Assembly (NCBI GenBank): GCA_964438995.1
Contig: CAYTMQ010000003.1
Location: 249,600 to 313,599 of the forward strand
DNA length: 64,000 bases
Reading direction: 5' to 3'
From: an uncultured Chitinophaga sp.
GTDB taxonomy: Bacteria > Bacteroidota > Bacteroidia > NS11-12g > UBA955
Shown: positions 42,318 through 52,562 of the stretch, one piece after another
Layout: each line of letters begins with the position of its first letter
Numbering within the stretch: position 1 is the first letter of the stretch
The notes under the pieces: model-generated
Seen by the model: only the letters and a program-made list of their open reading frames with translations
Database searches by the model: none
Told to the model about the DNA's origin: nothing
Made by a program: the position numbers and the translations under genes

Positions 42318-44641
42318 TGGAAAACAAGTCACATGAGCACTTAGAACATTCAGAAAATCCAGAAAAATTTACTGGATTGAAATTGAAATTACCATCAGAA
42401 ACTGCGGCTGGTATACCGGGTGTTGTAAATGCAATGAAACATGTATTTGGTGAAATGGGTATAGGAAGAGGGTTGGTAGCATTATCTAAATTAAACCAAA
42501 AAGGCGGCACCGATTGTCCATCATGTGCATGGCCTGACCCAGATGACGAAAGAAGCGCCATTGCCGAGTATTGCGAAAACGGCGCCAAAGCAATAGCTGA
42601 AGAAGCCACATCTAAAAAACTAACACCAGAATTTTTTAAACAACATTCTGTATACGACCTATCATTACTTAACGATTACGAAATTGGCAGAATGGGTAGA
42701 ATAGCCCAGCCTATGGTGTTGAGAAAAGGTGATACACATTATTCTGAAATATCGTGGGAACAGGCTTTTGAAACCATAAGTGAAAATCTGAATGCTTTGG
42801 CTTCTCCAAATGAAGCTGTATTTTACACTTCAGGAAGAGCGAGTAACGAAGCGGCATTTCTATATCAATTGTTTATTAGAGAATACGGCACCAACAACTT
42901 ACCAGATTGTTCTAACATGTGTCACGAATCTAGTGGTGTTGCGCTAAGTGAAACATTGGGCATTGGCAAAGGCAGTGTTAAATTAGAAGATTTTTATATT
43001 GCTGATGTCATACTGATACTTGGTCAGAACCCCGGCACCAACCACCCTAGAATGCTTTCAGCTTTGCAAAAAGCCAAAGAAAATGGATGTACTATTATAT
43101 CCATCAATCCTTTGCTCGAAACTGGTTTATTAGGCTTTGCAAATCCTCAAAATTTAAAAGGCATTTTAGGCATTAGAACTTCCTTAAGCGATCATTATTT
43201 ACAGGTCAAACTAAACGGCGATATGGCTTTGCTTAAAGTCATTATGATTAAATTGTTTGAGAGAGAAGCAGCAGCACCTGGAACAGTGTTAGACCTTGAT
43301 TTCATTGCAGAAAAAACACATGGTTTTGATGCATTCAAAACAAATTTATTAAAATATTCGGTTGACGAATTGTTGCAAATATGTGGCATTTCAGAAGAAC
43401 AAGTCAACAAAGTTGTCGATGCGCTTGCAAACAAGAAAAAAATTATTGCTTGTTGGGCAATGGGACTTACACAGCACAAAAATGCTGTAGAAACCATTCA
43501 AGATGTTGTCAACTTGTTGTTGATGAAAGGCAGTATTGGCAAGCCTGGAGCAGGTACTTGTCCGGTAAGGGGGCATAGCAATGTTCAAGGCGACAGAACT
43601 ATGGGTATTTATGAAAAACCTTCTAAAGCCTTTTTAGACAACCTAGAACGCATCTTTAAATTCTCCCCACCACGCGAACATGGTTATGATACTGTCGAGT
43701 GTATTCACGCCATGCACGAAAAAAAAGCAAAGGTATTTATTGCTCTTGGAGGTAATTTCTTATCAGCAACTCCAGATACTTTATTCACCGCACAAGCTTT
43801 AAGAAATTGTCAATTAACGGTTCACATTTCTACAAAACTCAATAGAAGTCATCTTATTCATGGTGAAACCGCACTGATTTTACCGTGTTTGGGAAGAACC
43901 GATAAAGACATTATCAATGGAAAAGAACAGTTTGTATCGACTGAAAACTCAATGGGTGTCATACAATCCAGCAAAGGTAGCGTGCCTCCAATATCTGAAT
44001 ATTTGCTAAGTGAGCCAGTTATAGTTTCGAGAATGGCTAAAGCCACTTTAAAATCTAAATCTGTTGTCAATTGGGATGCATATCTTCAAGACTACGACCA
44101 TATAAGAGATAGCATCGAAGCTTGTATTCCAGGATTCAATCACTACAACGAGCGTGTAAGAATAAAAGGTGGATTTTATTTGCCAAATGGAGCAAGAGAC
44201 AATACCTATTACACCACTACAGGTAAAGCCAATTTTACAGTTTCCGATGTTGAAACAATCCCTTTAGCAGAAGATGAACTTTTAATGATGACTATAAGAA
44301 GTCATGATCAATTTAATACCACTATCTATGGTATGCACGACAGATACCGAGGCATATTCAATGAAAGAAGAGTGGTTTTAATGAATAGAGATGATATGGA
44401 ACAATTGGGATTCAAACAAAGCGATGTTGTTGATTTATATAATTACACTGGTGGCGTTGAACGTGTAGCAAGAAAATTTCTAGTTTTAGAATTCAATATT
44501 CCTCGACAATGCATTGCAACTTATTTTCCTGAAGCCAATGTGCTTGTACCCATTGATTCAACTGCTAAAAAAAGCAATACCCCTACTTCCAAATCTGTCG
44601 TAGTTAAAATACAATTACATCAAGAAACCATCCTCAGCTAA
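42311..44641 (+). CDS. FdhF/YdeP-family molybdopterin oxidoreductase
   Basis: 776 aa. N-terminal GGTDCPSCAWPDPD motif typical of the YdeP family. Molybdopterin oxidoreductase-like body. C-terminal molybdopterin dinucleotide-binding region. Confidence 0.75.
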   Translation: MLMENKSHEHLEHSENPEKFTGLKLKLPSETAAGIPGVVNAMKHVFGEMGIGRGLVALSKLNQKGGTDCPSCAWPDPDDERSAIAEYCENGAKAIAEEATSKKLTPEFFKQHSVYDLSLLNDYEIGRMGRIAQPMVLRKGDTHYSEISWEQAFETISENLNALASPNEAVFYTSGRASNEAAFLYQLFIREYGTNNLPDCSNMCHESSGVALSETLGIGKGSVKLEDFYIADVILILGQNPGTNHPRMLSALQKAKENGCTIISINPLLETGLLGFANPQNLKGILGIRTSLSDHYLQVKLNGDMALLKVIMIKLFEREAAAPGTVLDLDFIAEKTHGFDAFKTNLLKYSVDELLQICGISEEQVNKVVDALANKKKIIACWAMGLTQHKNAVETIQDVVNLLLMKGSIGKPGAGTCPVRGHSNVQGDRTMGIYEKPSKAFLDNLERIFKFSPPREHGYDTVECIHAMHEKKAKVFIALGGNFLSATPDTLFTAQALRNCQLTVHISTKLNRSHLIHGETALILPCLGRTDKDIINGKEQFVSTENSMGVIQSSKGSVPPISEYLLSEPVIVSRMAKATLKSKSVVNWDAYLQDYDHIRDSIEACIPGFNHYNERVRIKGGFYLPNGARDNTYYTTTGKANFTVSDVETIPLAEDELLMMTIRSHDQFNTTIYGMHDRYRGIFNERRVVLMNRDDMEQLGFKQSDVVDLYNYTGGVERVARKFLVLEFNIPRQCIATYFPEANVLVPIDSTAKKSNTPTSKSVVVKIQLHQETILS

Positions 44642-44642
44642 T

Positions 44643-46055
44643 ATGAAACAAATTAGATGGATAGGTATATCACTTTTTGCTGTACTAGGTATTTTATCGG
44701 TTGTGCTGTACAAAGAAAGGGTCTTATATGTAGACTCAGCTTACTATGCATTTAACCTATTTAACAAAGGATTTCCAAACGCAGAGCACAACCGATTTGC
44801 TTTGTATTTGTATCAGTTAATACCTTGGGGAATGTTTGAGTTAAATATGCCAATGTCATTGACTTTAAGGGTGTATTCGCTATGTCATATTTTATTACAT
44901 GCAATAGCTTTTTTATTGTTGCTAAAATGGAAACAACCAAAAATGGCAGGCCTTTTGGTCATTATGCAAATCATAGGTTATCGCGAATGTTTTTTCTTGG
45001 CAGTAAATGAGACAGCATTGGCTATTTCGGCTACTTCTTTATTGGCTGGATATTTAAACTATATACAGATAAAAGCCACACGAAAGCTACATGATATTCT
45101 TGTATTTTCAGCCTGTCTAATGATAGGCTTGTTTAGTCATCCTATGGCCATGATTATGATACCATTTGTAATAGGATATCACATCATCGAATTTAAATGG
45201 TCTAGAAAAATCAGATCAAATATATATGCCCTGATGGTTATAGCACTTTTAGTTTTCATACTAAAAAAGATGGTCAGCAATGGCAGTGGATATGAAGACG
45301 ATTTATTTGCGCAATTACATAATACTAAAAACATTTTATACAATCTAAGTGACGTATACAGCTTTAAATTCTTTACAGGAGAATTCAAATTAGAAGCTTA
45401 TTTCTTCAAGATATATTGGATTCCGTTATTGATTGTGGTTTTTAACCTTTTAATGCTTTACCGTCTAAATAAACCAGTATTATTGACCTATTATATATTG
45501 TCAACTGTTTCACTGTGGTTAATCATCATCATATTCTTTAACAGAGGTGATGGAAATATTTTCATGGAGAAGAACTACACGCCATGGATTTTTGTTGCAT
45601 TGTATCCATTGGTAACGGTTATTCAATTAAAAGGAGAACATTTACAGTTAAAGCACAGCATCGCTCATGTGGGAATATTACTATTCTCACTTTGGGGCAT
45701 CTATAACATTAAAGATATGTACAGCAAGCGCCTATACTTGATGGACCAATTAATTACGGTGAAAAACCCTGGTAAAAGCAAACTATTGATTAACGATAGC
45801 TTGGTGAACCATGAAGAATGGTTGGGTGTTTGGGCTTTGCCTTATGAAACTTTGTTGTTGTCAAAAGTTAAAGGTATTCCAGATGTAACTGCAAAAATTT
45901 ATAAAGGTGAGCCAAATATTGAAAAAGAAATTTACAGAAAAGATATATTTTTGGGAGCTGATTTTATTCCAGTATTACCAGCCAGCTTTTTGTTAAATCA
46001 GGAAGTTTACCATCTAAAAGATGAACCATATTATAAAATAGAGAAATTTAAATAG
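44643..46055 (+). CDS. Polytopic integral membrane protein of unknown function
   Basis: 470 aa with many TM helices. Starts 2 bp after the oxidoreductase stop. Confidence 0.45.
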   Translation: MKQIRWIGISLFAVLGILSVVLYKERVLYVDSAYYAFNLFNKGFPNAEHNRFALYLYQLIPWGMFELNMPMSLTLRVYSLCHILLHAIAFLLLLKWKQPKMAGLLVIMQIIGYRECFFLAVNETALAISATSLLAGYLNYIQIKATRKLHDILVFSACLMIGLFSHPMAMIMIPFVIGYHIIEFKWSRKIRSNIYALMVIALLVFILKKMVSNGSGYEDDLFAQLHNTKNILYNLSDVYSFKFFTGEFKLEAYFFKIYWIPLLIVVFNLLMLYRLNKPVLLTYYILSTVSLWLIIIIFFNRGDGNIFMEKNYTPWIFVALYPLVTVIQLKGEHLQLKHSIAHVGILLFSLWGIYNIKDMYSKRLYLMDQLITVKNPGKSKLLINDSLVNHEEWLGVWALPYETLLLSKVKGIPDVTAKIYKGEPNIEKEIYRKDIFLGADFIPVLPASFLLNQEVYHLKDEPYYKIEKFK

Positions 46056-46056
46056 G

Positions 46057-47349
46057 TTAGCTTTTAGTCTTAATTCTCGCCCCTAGCAAATTTAATATAC
46101 TGTACAAACCAAAACAGGTTCTATTGATGTATAAGGCATCTTGTGGACCTCTAGCGCCGTTCACTTTTTTCAATAATGGGTCAGAAGAAAATTGTTCTCC
46201 TAGTTCATAAATCTTTCTAAAGTAAGTATCATCACTAAAGTCGAATTCTTTATTGTGAAAGGGTTTGCCTAGCAATCCAAGCATTTCGTTGAAATTCTTT
46301 TTTAACAACACTACTGTGCTCGCATCGTCTTCTTTCAATAAGAAATCCAATTGATACAAAGCTTCTGTAAAAGCTTTATCATCGGCAATAAAATCTATAT
46401 TTAGTAGATTAAAATATGCCTTGTGAAAGGTCTCATCTATCTCTTTGACACAACCAAAATCGATAACACCTAATTTTAAATCTGGGGTTACGATAAAATT
46501 ACCAGGATGTGGATCAGCATGTACCATTTTCAATTCAAAGATTTGATACATGTAGAAATTCCATATGTACTGACCAATAGTATCTCTTTGTTTCTGACTG
46601 GGTTTAGTATTAATAAATTCAGTTAACGCTTGTCCATCGAGCCAATCCATAGTTAGAATTTTACCTGTACTTAACTCTGGATAATAATTCGGGAATACCA
46701 CACCCTCGATGTTAGAACATGCTTTAGAAATGGAAACAGATCGCTTTAATTCTAGAAAATAATCCGTTTCTTCTAATAGCTTTAATTCAACTTCTTTAAA
46801 ATATTTGTTGATGTCGGTGCCTTTTAAATTAAGTAATCTGACTGCTAACGGCTTAACCAATTTCAAATCCGAACTAACACTTTCTGCTATTCCAGGATAT
46901 TGAACTTTAACGGCATACTGCTTTTTTCCTTTGGTTGCTTTATGCACCTGACCAATGCTAGCGGCGTTAATGGCAGAACGACTAAAGCTATCGAACAGAT
47001 CTGAGGGCACTTTAGACAGTTCTTTTTGAAACGTTTTTAGCACCAATGGATAACTCAAAGGAGGCGCACTATATTGAGCCATTTGGAATTTATTTTGATA
47101 AGCAGCAGGAAGTATGTTTTTATCCATACTAAGCATCTGTGCAACCTTTAAAGCCGAACCTTTCAATTTGCTTAACGTATCATAGATATCGTCAGCATTA
47201 TCTTGATTTAATTCTTCTCTAGATAGGTCAGGATTAACTGCTTTTTTAAGATAATATTTTAGATAATTTCCCCCTATTTTAGCTCCAGTACCGGCAAAAC
47301 TTGCGGCTCGTTGAATCTTAGAGCTTGGAATTTTTACTTGTTCTTTCAT
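46057..47349 (-). CDS. ABC1/AarF/UbiB-family atypical protein kinase
   Basis: ASIGQVHKA...YAVKVQYPGI matches the ABC1 kinase signature (AxIAQVHxA..VAVKVQRPG). ~430 aa. Confidence 0.8.
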   Translation of the reverse strand: MKEQVKIPSSKIQRAASFAGTGAKIGGNYLKYYLKKAVNPDLSREELNQDNADDIYDTLSKLKGSALKVAQMLSMDKNILPAAYQNKFQMAQYSAPPLSYPLVLKTFQKELSKVPSDLFDSFSRSAINAASIGQVHKATKGKKQYAVKVQYPGIAESVSSDLKLVKPLAVRLLNLKGTDINKYFKEVELKLLEETDYFLELKRSVSISKACSNIEGVVFPNYYPELSTGKILTMDWLDGQALTEFINTKPSQKQRDTIGQYIWNFYMYQIFELKMVHADPHPGNFIVTPDLKLGVIDFGCVKEIDETFHKAYFNLLNIDFIADDKAFTEALYQLDFLLKEDDASTVVLLKKNFNEMLGLLGKPFHNKEFDFSDDTYFRKIYELGEQFSSDPLLKKVNGARGPQDALYINRTCFGLYSILNLLGARIKTKS

Positions 47350-47370
47350 ATCTTCCCCTCAGTTCCAGTT

Positions 47371-48033
47371 CTAGAATGAATGTTTGAGTTTATCTTGAAT
47401 TAAAAATTTCCATAAATCGATGATGTTGTCGATAGCGCTTTTGCCCATCAATTCCATCAAAAGATTGACTGATTTCTCAATAAGAGCATCGGTCTTTTCG
47501 AATCCTTTACTATCGTCTTTCATCCAATACCCAATAATAAATTGGATGTTTAACCACAAAGCATCTGGGTATCTGTCTGTCAATAATTTTCTGTCTTCAA
47601 TTTCCTTGTCTTGAATACCGCTTTGAATGACTTGTTTTGCAAACTCTTTAATGATTGGCTTTATTACTTCAGAGGCAGACAAAGGCAATTTTGTTTGTTT
47701 CAAACTGTATACAAAATAGCTTCGATTTTGGTTTAATACTTCAACGAGTGTGAAGAACAATCCCAACATTTTTTCTTTGGCAGAATAGTTAGCAAACTCT
47801 TTAGACTCGATTAAAGTTTGAATGGTTTGATTGGCAGCTTCAGTCCAGATATGTTTCTCAAGTGCTTCAAATCCGCTAAAAAATTGATAAAAATCAGATT
47901 CTTTAATATCAAGATTTTTAGCAAATGCATAGACTGAGCTAGGATGTTCATTTTCAGTTAGGACGTAATCGATAAATGCATCAATTAACGATTGTTGATC
48001 AATGGATTTTGTCTTTGTAGATTTTGAAGCCAT
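47371..48033 (-). CDS. TetR/AcrR-family transcriptional regulator (divergent form)
   Basis: N-terminal HTH-like region ending in FYQFFSGFEALEKHIW, resembling the TetR YxHFxSKEAL motif. ~220 aa. Co-oriented with the ABC1 kinase. Confidence 0.5.
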   Translation of the reverse strand: MASKSTKTKSIDQQSLIDAFIDYVLTENEHPSSVYAFAKNLDIKESDFYQFFSGFEALEKHIWTEAANQTIQTLIESKEFANYSAKEKMLGLFFTLVEVLNQNRSYFVYSLKQTKLPLSASEVIKPIIKEFAKQVIQSGIQDKEIEDRKLLTDRYPDALWLNIQFIIGYWMKDDSKGFEKTDALIEKSVNLLMELMGKSAIDNIIDLWKFLIQDKLKHSF

Positions 48034-48187
48034 AACCATTAAACAAATTAAAATTCATTTTGTTGGTTGTATCTAAAAATATTTTTTTGTCATGAAAGCA
48101 TCAGAAAAGCAGTTATTTATCATTAAATTGTAATATTTAGAATGTATAAATTGTATATTAAAAGTAACCTATTAGATTTGAAACATT

Positions 48188-50965
48188 ATGAATAAACTAT
48201 CTACTTTGAAAAATTTTGCATTCGCTTTAATTTTTATTACATTCAACCAAGTTTTTTCGCAAGTCCCAAGTGCTAAATTTGGTCCTAACAAATTAATTTA
48301 TGTTGAGCAATACGGATCAACTCAATTATTTGACTCATCCACAAACAACCCTACACAATGGGAATGGTATATTTTTGATTCTATCACATATAAAAGTCAA
48401 GGATTTTATCCAAACCTATCATCTGGAGAAATATATTCTGATCCATGGGGAAATGGGAATGATGAATTCTCTAAAAATCCAGAATTTGCATTTGATGTCC
48501 CAGGCACCTATTCTGTTAAAATGAGGTGCAAAAACTCAACTGGTTGGTCGAATTGGGTAATTAAAAAAAATTGCATTAAAGTACAACTGCCTACATTATA
48601 TAATTTAGGATATGGTACTTATGGTGCCAATAATGATAATATTGTTGATTCAGACACAGGAACAATCTCAGATGATGGAGGAATAAATCTAAACTATGGC
48701 AACAACCAAGGCATCAACACACGTTCATATCTCTATATTCAACCGTGCAAAGCCAAAAAAATCACTTTAATCATGCAGAAGTTAAAATTTGCAGATAATG
48801 GTGATATACTGAATGTTTATGATGGAGATTTCGTTGGTCAAAATAACTTACTTGCCTCTTGGACAAAGAACAACACCTCTAATAAAACCGTTGTTGCAAA
48901 CAGTGGTAAAATGCTTATAATTTTTACGTCAAACAGCAGTGGCGTAGATTCTGGATTTTATGGTACTTATAGTGTTATAAAGGATACCTCTATTGCATCT
49001 GCAAGCTATAATTTTGATGTAGATTCTCCTTATTACAATTCGACACCTGCAAGGTTTTATTCCAAAGTTGTCAATAAAATAGGTTCTCCAACATACGAGT
49101 GGACTGTCAATGGCAATCAAGTTAGCAATAATTCAAAATCAAATTTCAATTATACATTCACTTCTGATGGTAAATACAATGTTTGTATGTATGGAAAAGC
49201 ATGTGATGAAGTTAAGAAAATTTGTAAGGACATATACGTTGTGACTGCAAATTCTAAAACGACTATCAACTTTAAAAGTAAATCGTATGCAAGATATGCA
49301 TACGATTCTGTTTTTCTTATCCCAGAAACTAGCAATGCCAATCGATTTGAATGGTTCATCACACCCACTTCATATCAATTACTAAATCCTCCCGCTTCAC
49401 CTTCAAGTGTAAAGTCAGGTGAGATTAAAATTAACGCACTTCCGGGTGATACATTATATGTTCCGAGAATCTCTTTTTTAGATACTGTATGTTATACAAT
49501 CAAACTGAAAGCATATAACAGTTTAAATCCTAGTACAACTATAGATTCTTTAACAAAATCCAATTATATCTGTGCTACTGATTTTAGGCAGGTTTATGGT
49601 ATATTTGGAACCGTGTATAATGACATCAATAACAATTGTCAAATTTCAAGTTCAGAACCCTATTTAAACAACGTACCCATTAAACTGTATGACAGCAATA
49701 ACAAATTAATTGCTTATACACAAACATTTGGAAATGGTATTTATAGATTTGATAAAACAGTTGGAACTTATTCCATTAAAATAGATGTAGCAGGTAGTAA
49801 TATCTTAACCAAATGTCCAACAGGAGATGATTCTACAATTACCATAAGCAATCAGAATAAATCAAATGGTGTCAATTTTGGCGTGTCTTGCAGTCAATAT
49901 GAAGATATAGGAGTAGCCTCGATTCGAAGAAGCGGATGGGTGTTTCCTGGTCGTTCTCACGAACTAACTGTTGGAACAGGAGATCTTATTAATAAATTTA
50001 CTGGCATTAATTGCAGCAACGGAACTGGTCAGAGTGGTACAGTAAAGATAGAACTTGCAGGAAAAGCTAATATTATTAGCGCAAATGTAACTCCAAGTTC
50101 TACTAGTAATAAAGTTTATACTTTTAATGTTTCAAATTTCAACAATGTCAACCTATATGAGACTTTTAAATTAACCATTAAAGTAGATACAAATGCAAGT
50201 GCTAGTGATTCTCTTACAGTTCAGGTAAAAGTAACCAATAGTGGCTCAGATATTGACACTAATAACAATAAATTCACCTTTAAATACAGGGTAATAAATT
50301 CGTACGACCCGAATGAAAAAGATGTAAGTCCAATGAATGTATCGCCATTATTTAATGATTGGTTAACATATACCATTCACTTCCAAAATACTGGTTCAGC
50401 ACCCGCCTTCAATATTAGATTAGCTGATACCTTAGATCAAAATTTAGACCTTGAAACTTTCACAGTACTAAATGCTAGTCATGAAAAACGTGTAAGTCTT
50501 AAAGGGAGAGCACTAAACATCTACTTTGATGACATCATGTTACCTGATAGTTTCACAGACAAAGAAGGCTCTAAAGGATTCTTCCAATACAAAATCAAAC
50601 CTATTGATGGCTTAGGAAAAGGCATACAAATAAAAAATACTGCATATATTTATTTTGATTACAATGCGCCTGTGGTAACGAATACTACGATTAATGAATA
50701 TGTCGAAAAAGAAAACTCAATTATAAATATTTATAACAGTGATATAAGTATATATCCTAATCCTAGTGCAGGCATTTTTAAATTTGAAATGTCTAAAGGT
50801 GAAATTCAAAAAGTAGAAATTTTCAATTCTGTAGGCACAAAAATTATATCTAATCAAATCGACACAAACAAAGAAGTTAATTTGAGTCAATATCCCGAAG
50901 GTATTTATTTGGCTAAGATTTACACCAGCAAAGGTGTTTATTACACAAAATTGATCCGCATATAA
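48188..50965 (+). CDS. Large secreted protein with a T9SS type-A C-terminal sorting domain (PKD/Ig-like repeat body)
   Basis: Signal peptide. 925 aa, Thr/Ser/Asn-rich beta-rich repeats. C-terminal ISIYPNPSAGIFKFEM...GIYLAKIYTSKGVYYTKLIRI T9SS C-terminal domain. Confidence 0.7.
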   Translation: MNKLSTLKNFAFALIFITFNQVFSQVPSAKFGPNKLIYVEQYGSTQLFDSSTNNPTQWEWYIFDSITYKSQGFYPNLSSGEIYSDPWGNGNDEFSKNPEFAFDVPGTYSVKMRCKNSTGWSNWVIKKNCIKVQLPTLYNLGYGTYGANNDNIVDSDTGTISDDGGINLNYGNNQGINTRSYLYIQPCKAKKITLIMQKLKFADNGDILNVYDGDFVGQNNLLASWTKNNTSNKTVVANSGKMLIIFTSNSSGVDSGFYGTYSVIKDTSIASASYNFDVDSPYYNSTPARFYSKVVNKIGSPTYEWTVNGNQVSNNSKSNFNYTFTSDGKYNVCMYGKACDEVKKICKDIYVVTANSKTTINFKSKSYARYAYDSVFLIPETSNANRFEWFITPTSYQLLNPPASPSSVKSGEIKINALPGDTLYVPRISFLDTVCYTIKLKAYNSLNPSTTIDSLTKSNYICATDFRQVYGIFGTVYNDINNNCQISSSEPYLNNVPIKLYDSNNKLIAYTQTFGNGIYRFDKTVGTYSIKIDVAGSNILTKCPTGDDSTITISNQNKSNGVNFGVSCSQYEDIGVASIRRSGWVFPGRSHELTVGTGDLINKFTGINCSNGTGQSGTVKIELAGKANIISANVTPSSTSNKVYTFNVSNFNNVNLYETFKLTIKVDTNASASDSLTVQVKVTNSGSDIDTNNNKFTFKYRVINSYDPNEKDVSPMNVSPLFNDWLTYTIHFQNTGSAPAFNIRLADTLDQNLDLETFTVLNASHEKRVSLKGRALNIYFDDIMLPDSFTDKEGSKGFFQYKIKPIDGLGKGIQIKNTAYIYFDYNAPVVTNTTINEYVEKENSIINIYNSDISIYPNPSAGIFKFEMSKGEIQKVEIFNSVGTKIISNQIDTNKEVNLSQYPEGIYLAKIYTSKGVYYTKLIRI

Positions 50966-51004
50966 ATCATTGTTTGGTAATAAGTTTTTCATTTACTTTG
51001 AGAA

Positions 51005-51754
51005 ATGAAAAACTTATTACTATTAATCATTACTTTTTTGACCATCAATGTTTATGGTCAAACCAATTATCAAGACGTTATATACCTTAAAAATGGCTCC
51101 AAGATAAAAGGTATGATAACAGAATTTGTTCCAAATGTATCATATACTATAACCACAACCGATGGAAGTATTTTTGTTTGTAACATTGGAGATATCATTA
51201 AAATTGCAAAAGAGGCTGTTATTAGTCAAAGTGCCACTTCACCAACTGGTAACACTACAAATAAAACAGATTCTAATTCACAACTTTTTAAAAAAGGATA
51301 TAGAGGTATTGTAGAGTTGGGTTATGGTTTAAAATCTGGCAAATACGGTCTTGATGTTACCAATTTCAACTTTGTAAATGGTTATCAATTAAATGAAAAA
51401 ATGTTTGTAGGTATTGGAACTGGATTCAAATATTTTACAGAATCAGAATTCACTTTAATCCCTTTATATGCCGACTTTAAATACAGCTTTTTAAATCAAA
51501 AAGTAAGTCCAATTTTGGGCTTTAGTGCCGGATTTTCTTTTAACCCTAACGATGGGTTTCAAGGCGAAGGATTTCTTTTCAATCCTTCTATTGGGGCTCA
51601 AATTAAAGGCAATGGTAATATGCGATACAATATCTCATTAAACTATCAAACTCAGCAAATGAATTTTATTGTACTTGAACCTGGAGGTGCTTTCTTTACC
51701 AATGCCATAAGATTTTCTGAGTCAGCTGGACTAACATTAGGAGTAGTGTTCTAG
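51005..51754 (+). CDS. Putative outer-membrane beta-barrel protein
   Basis: Signal peptide. Alternating hydrophobic beta-strand pattern. C-terminal aromatic residue (…LTLGVVF), typical of outer-membrane beta-barrels. Confidence 0.45.
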   Translation: MKNLLLLIITFLTINVYGQTNYQDVIYLKNGSKIKGMITEFVPNVSYTITTTDGSIFVCNIGDIIKIAKEAVISQSATSPTGNTTNKTDSNSQLFKKGYRGIVELGYGLKSGKYGLDVTNFNFVNGYQLNEKMFVGIGTGFKYFTESEFTLIPLYADFKYSFLNQKVSPILGFSAGFSFNPNDGFQGEGFLFNPSIGAQIKGNGNMRYNISLNYQTQQMNFIVLEPGGAFFTNAIRFSESAGLTLGVVF

Positions 51755-51906
51755 CATTTTAGTCATTGAACTGTAAATTTTCACACCTTGAATCATATTT
51801 CTGCAATGTTTTCAAGACATTTAAACTGTGTGGTCAAAATCCATATTACATTTGAATAAAGATAGAGAAACTATAAGATTTTCTGATTTTGATTAATTGC
51901 TGCATA

Positions 51907-51938
51907 GAAAACCCTAAGTCGAAAGATTTGGGGTTTTC
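51907..51938. terminator. Candidate bidirectional terminator between convergent genes
   Basis: aaaaccc...ggggtttt: 7-bp stem with a T-rich 3' side. Confidence 0.35.
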
Positions 51939-52559
51939 TTATTCATTCCAACCCAAACCTTTTAAGACTTTTTCTTTGCTCTTTTCTATTCTTGAAATTC
52001 TTGTTGCACTCTGTTTTGCACCGCTGTAATGCAATACCCAACCCCTTTGTCTACCAGGCGTTAAAGCGTGAAATGCCATATTAAATGAAGTATCCTTTTC
52101 TAGCGCCTCTATTAGCTCCTCAGGCATCACAATATCATTAGGTTTTTTGAAATCAACTTTCTTACCATTTAACTCATTGTCTATTGCCTCTTGAATATAG
52201 TTGCGAATGTTGTTTTCTTGTTTTTGAATTTCCTTTAGACTTGTAAATTTAAAATATCTTCCAGATTGAGAATTGTCTCCTGGACTGCTCAATAGTTGTT
52301 TGGTATCTTTTAATAGCGACCCTTTGAAAAAACTTATGGCGCAAAAGTCTTTAAAAGCCGCAATTATGAAAATATTTTTGCCTTCTACCGTATAACATGG
52401 TACACTCCATTTAAGCTCTTCAGTAAGGCCCAAATCATTGGCTATAATCCTTAAGTATTCTAGTTCTTCAATCCAATTGTGCACTTTACACTGTGGAGTT
52501 TGATAATATTTACATCTACCACAGCCGTCTTTTAAATATAAATCTACATTTGGATTCAT
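51939..52559 (-). CDS. YdeI/OmpD-associated (DUF1801-like) family protein, paralog 1
   Basis: 206 aa. N-terminal MNPNVDLYLKDG...C..C and C-terminal ALTPGRQRGW motif. Paralogous to the adjacent gene. Confidence 0.5.
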   Translation of the reverse strand: MNPNVDLYLKDGCGRCKYYQTPQCKVHNWIEELEYLRIIANDLGLTEELKWSVPCYTVEGKNIFIIAAFKDFCAISFFKGSLLKDTKQLLSSPGDNSQSGRYFKFTSLKEIQKQENNIRNYIQEAIDNELNGKKVDFKKPNDIVMPEELIEALEKDTSFNMAFHALTPGRQRGWVLHYSGAKQSATRISRIEKSKEKVLKGLGWNE

Positions 52560-52562
52560 AGT

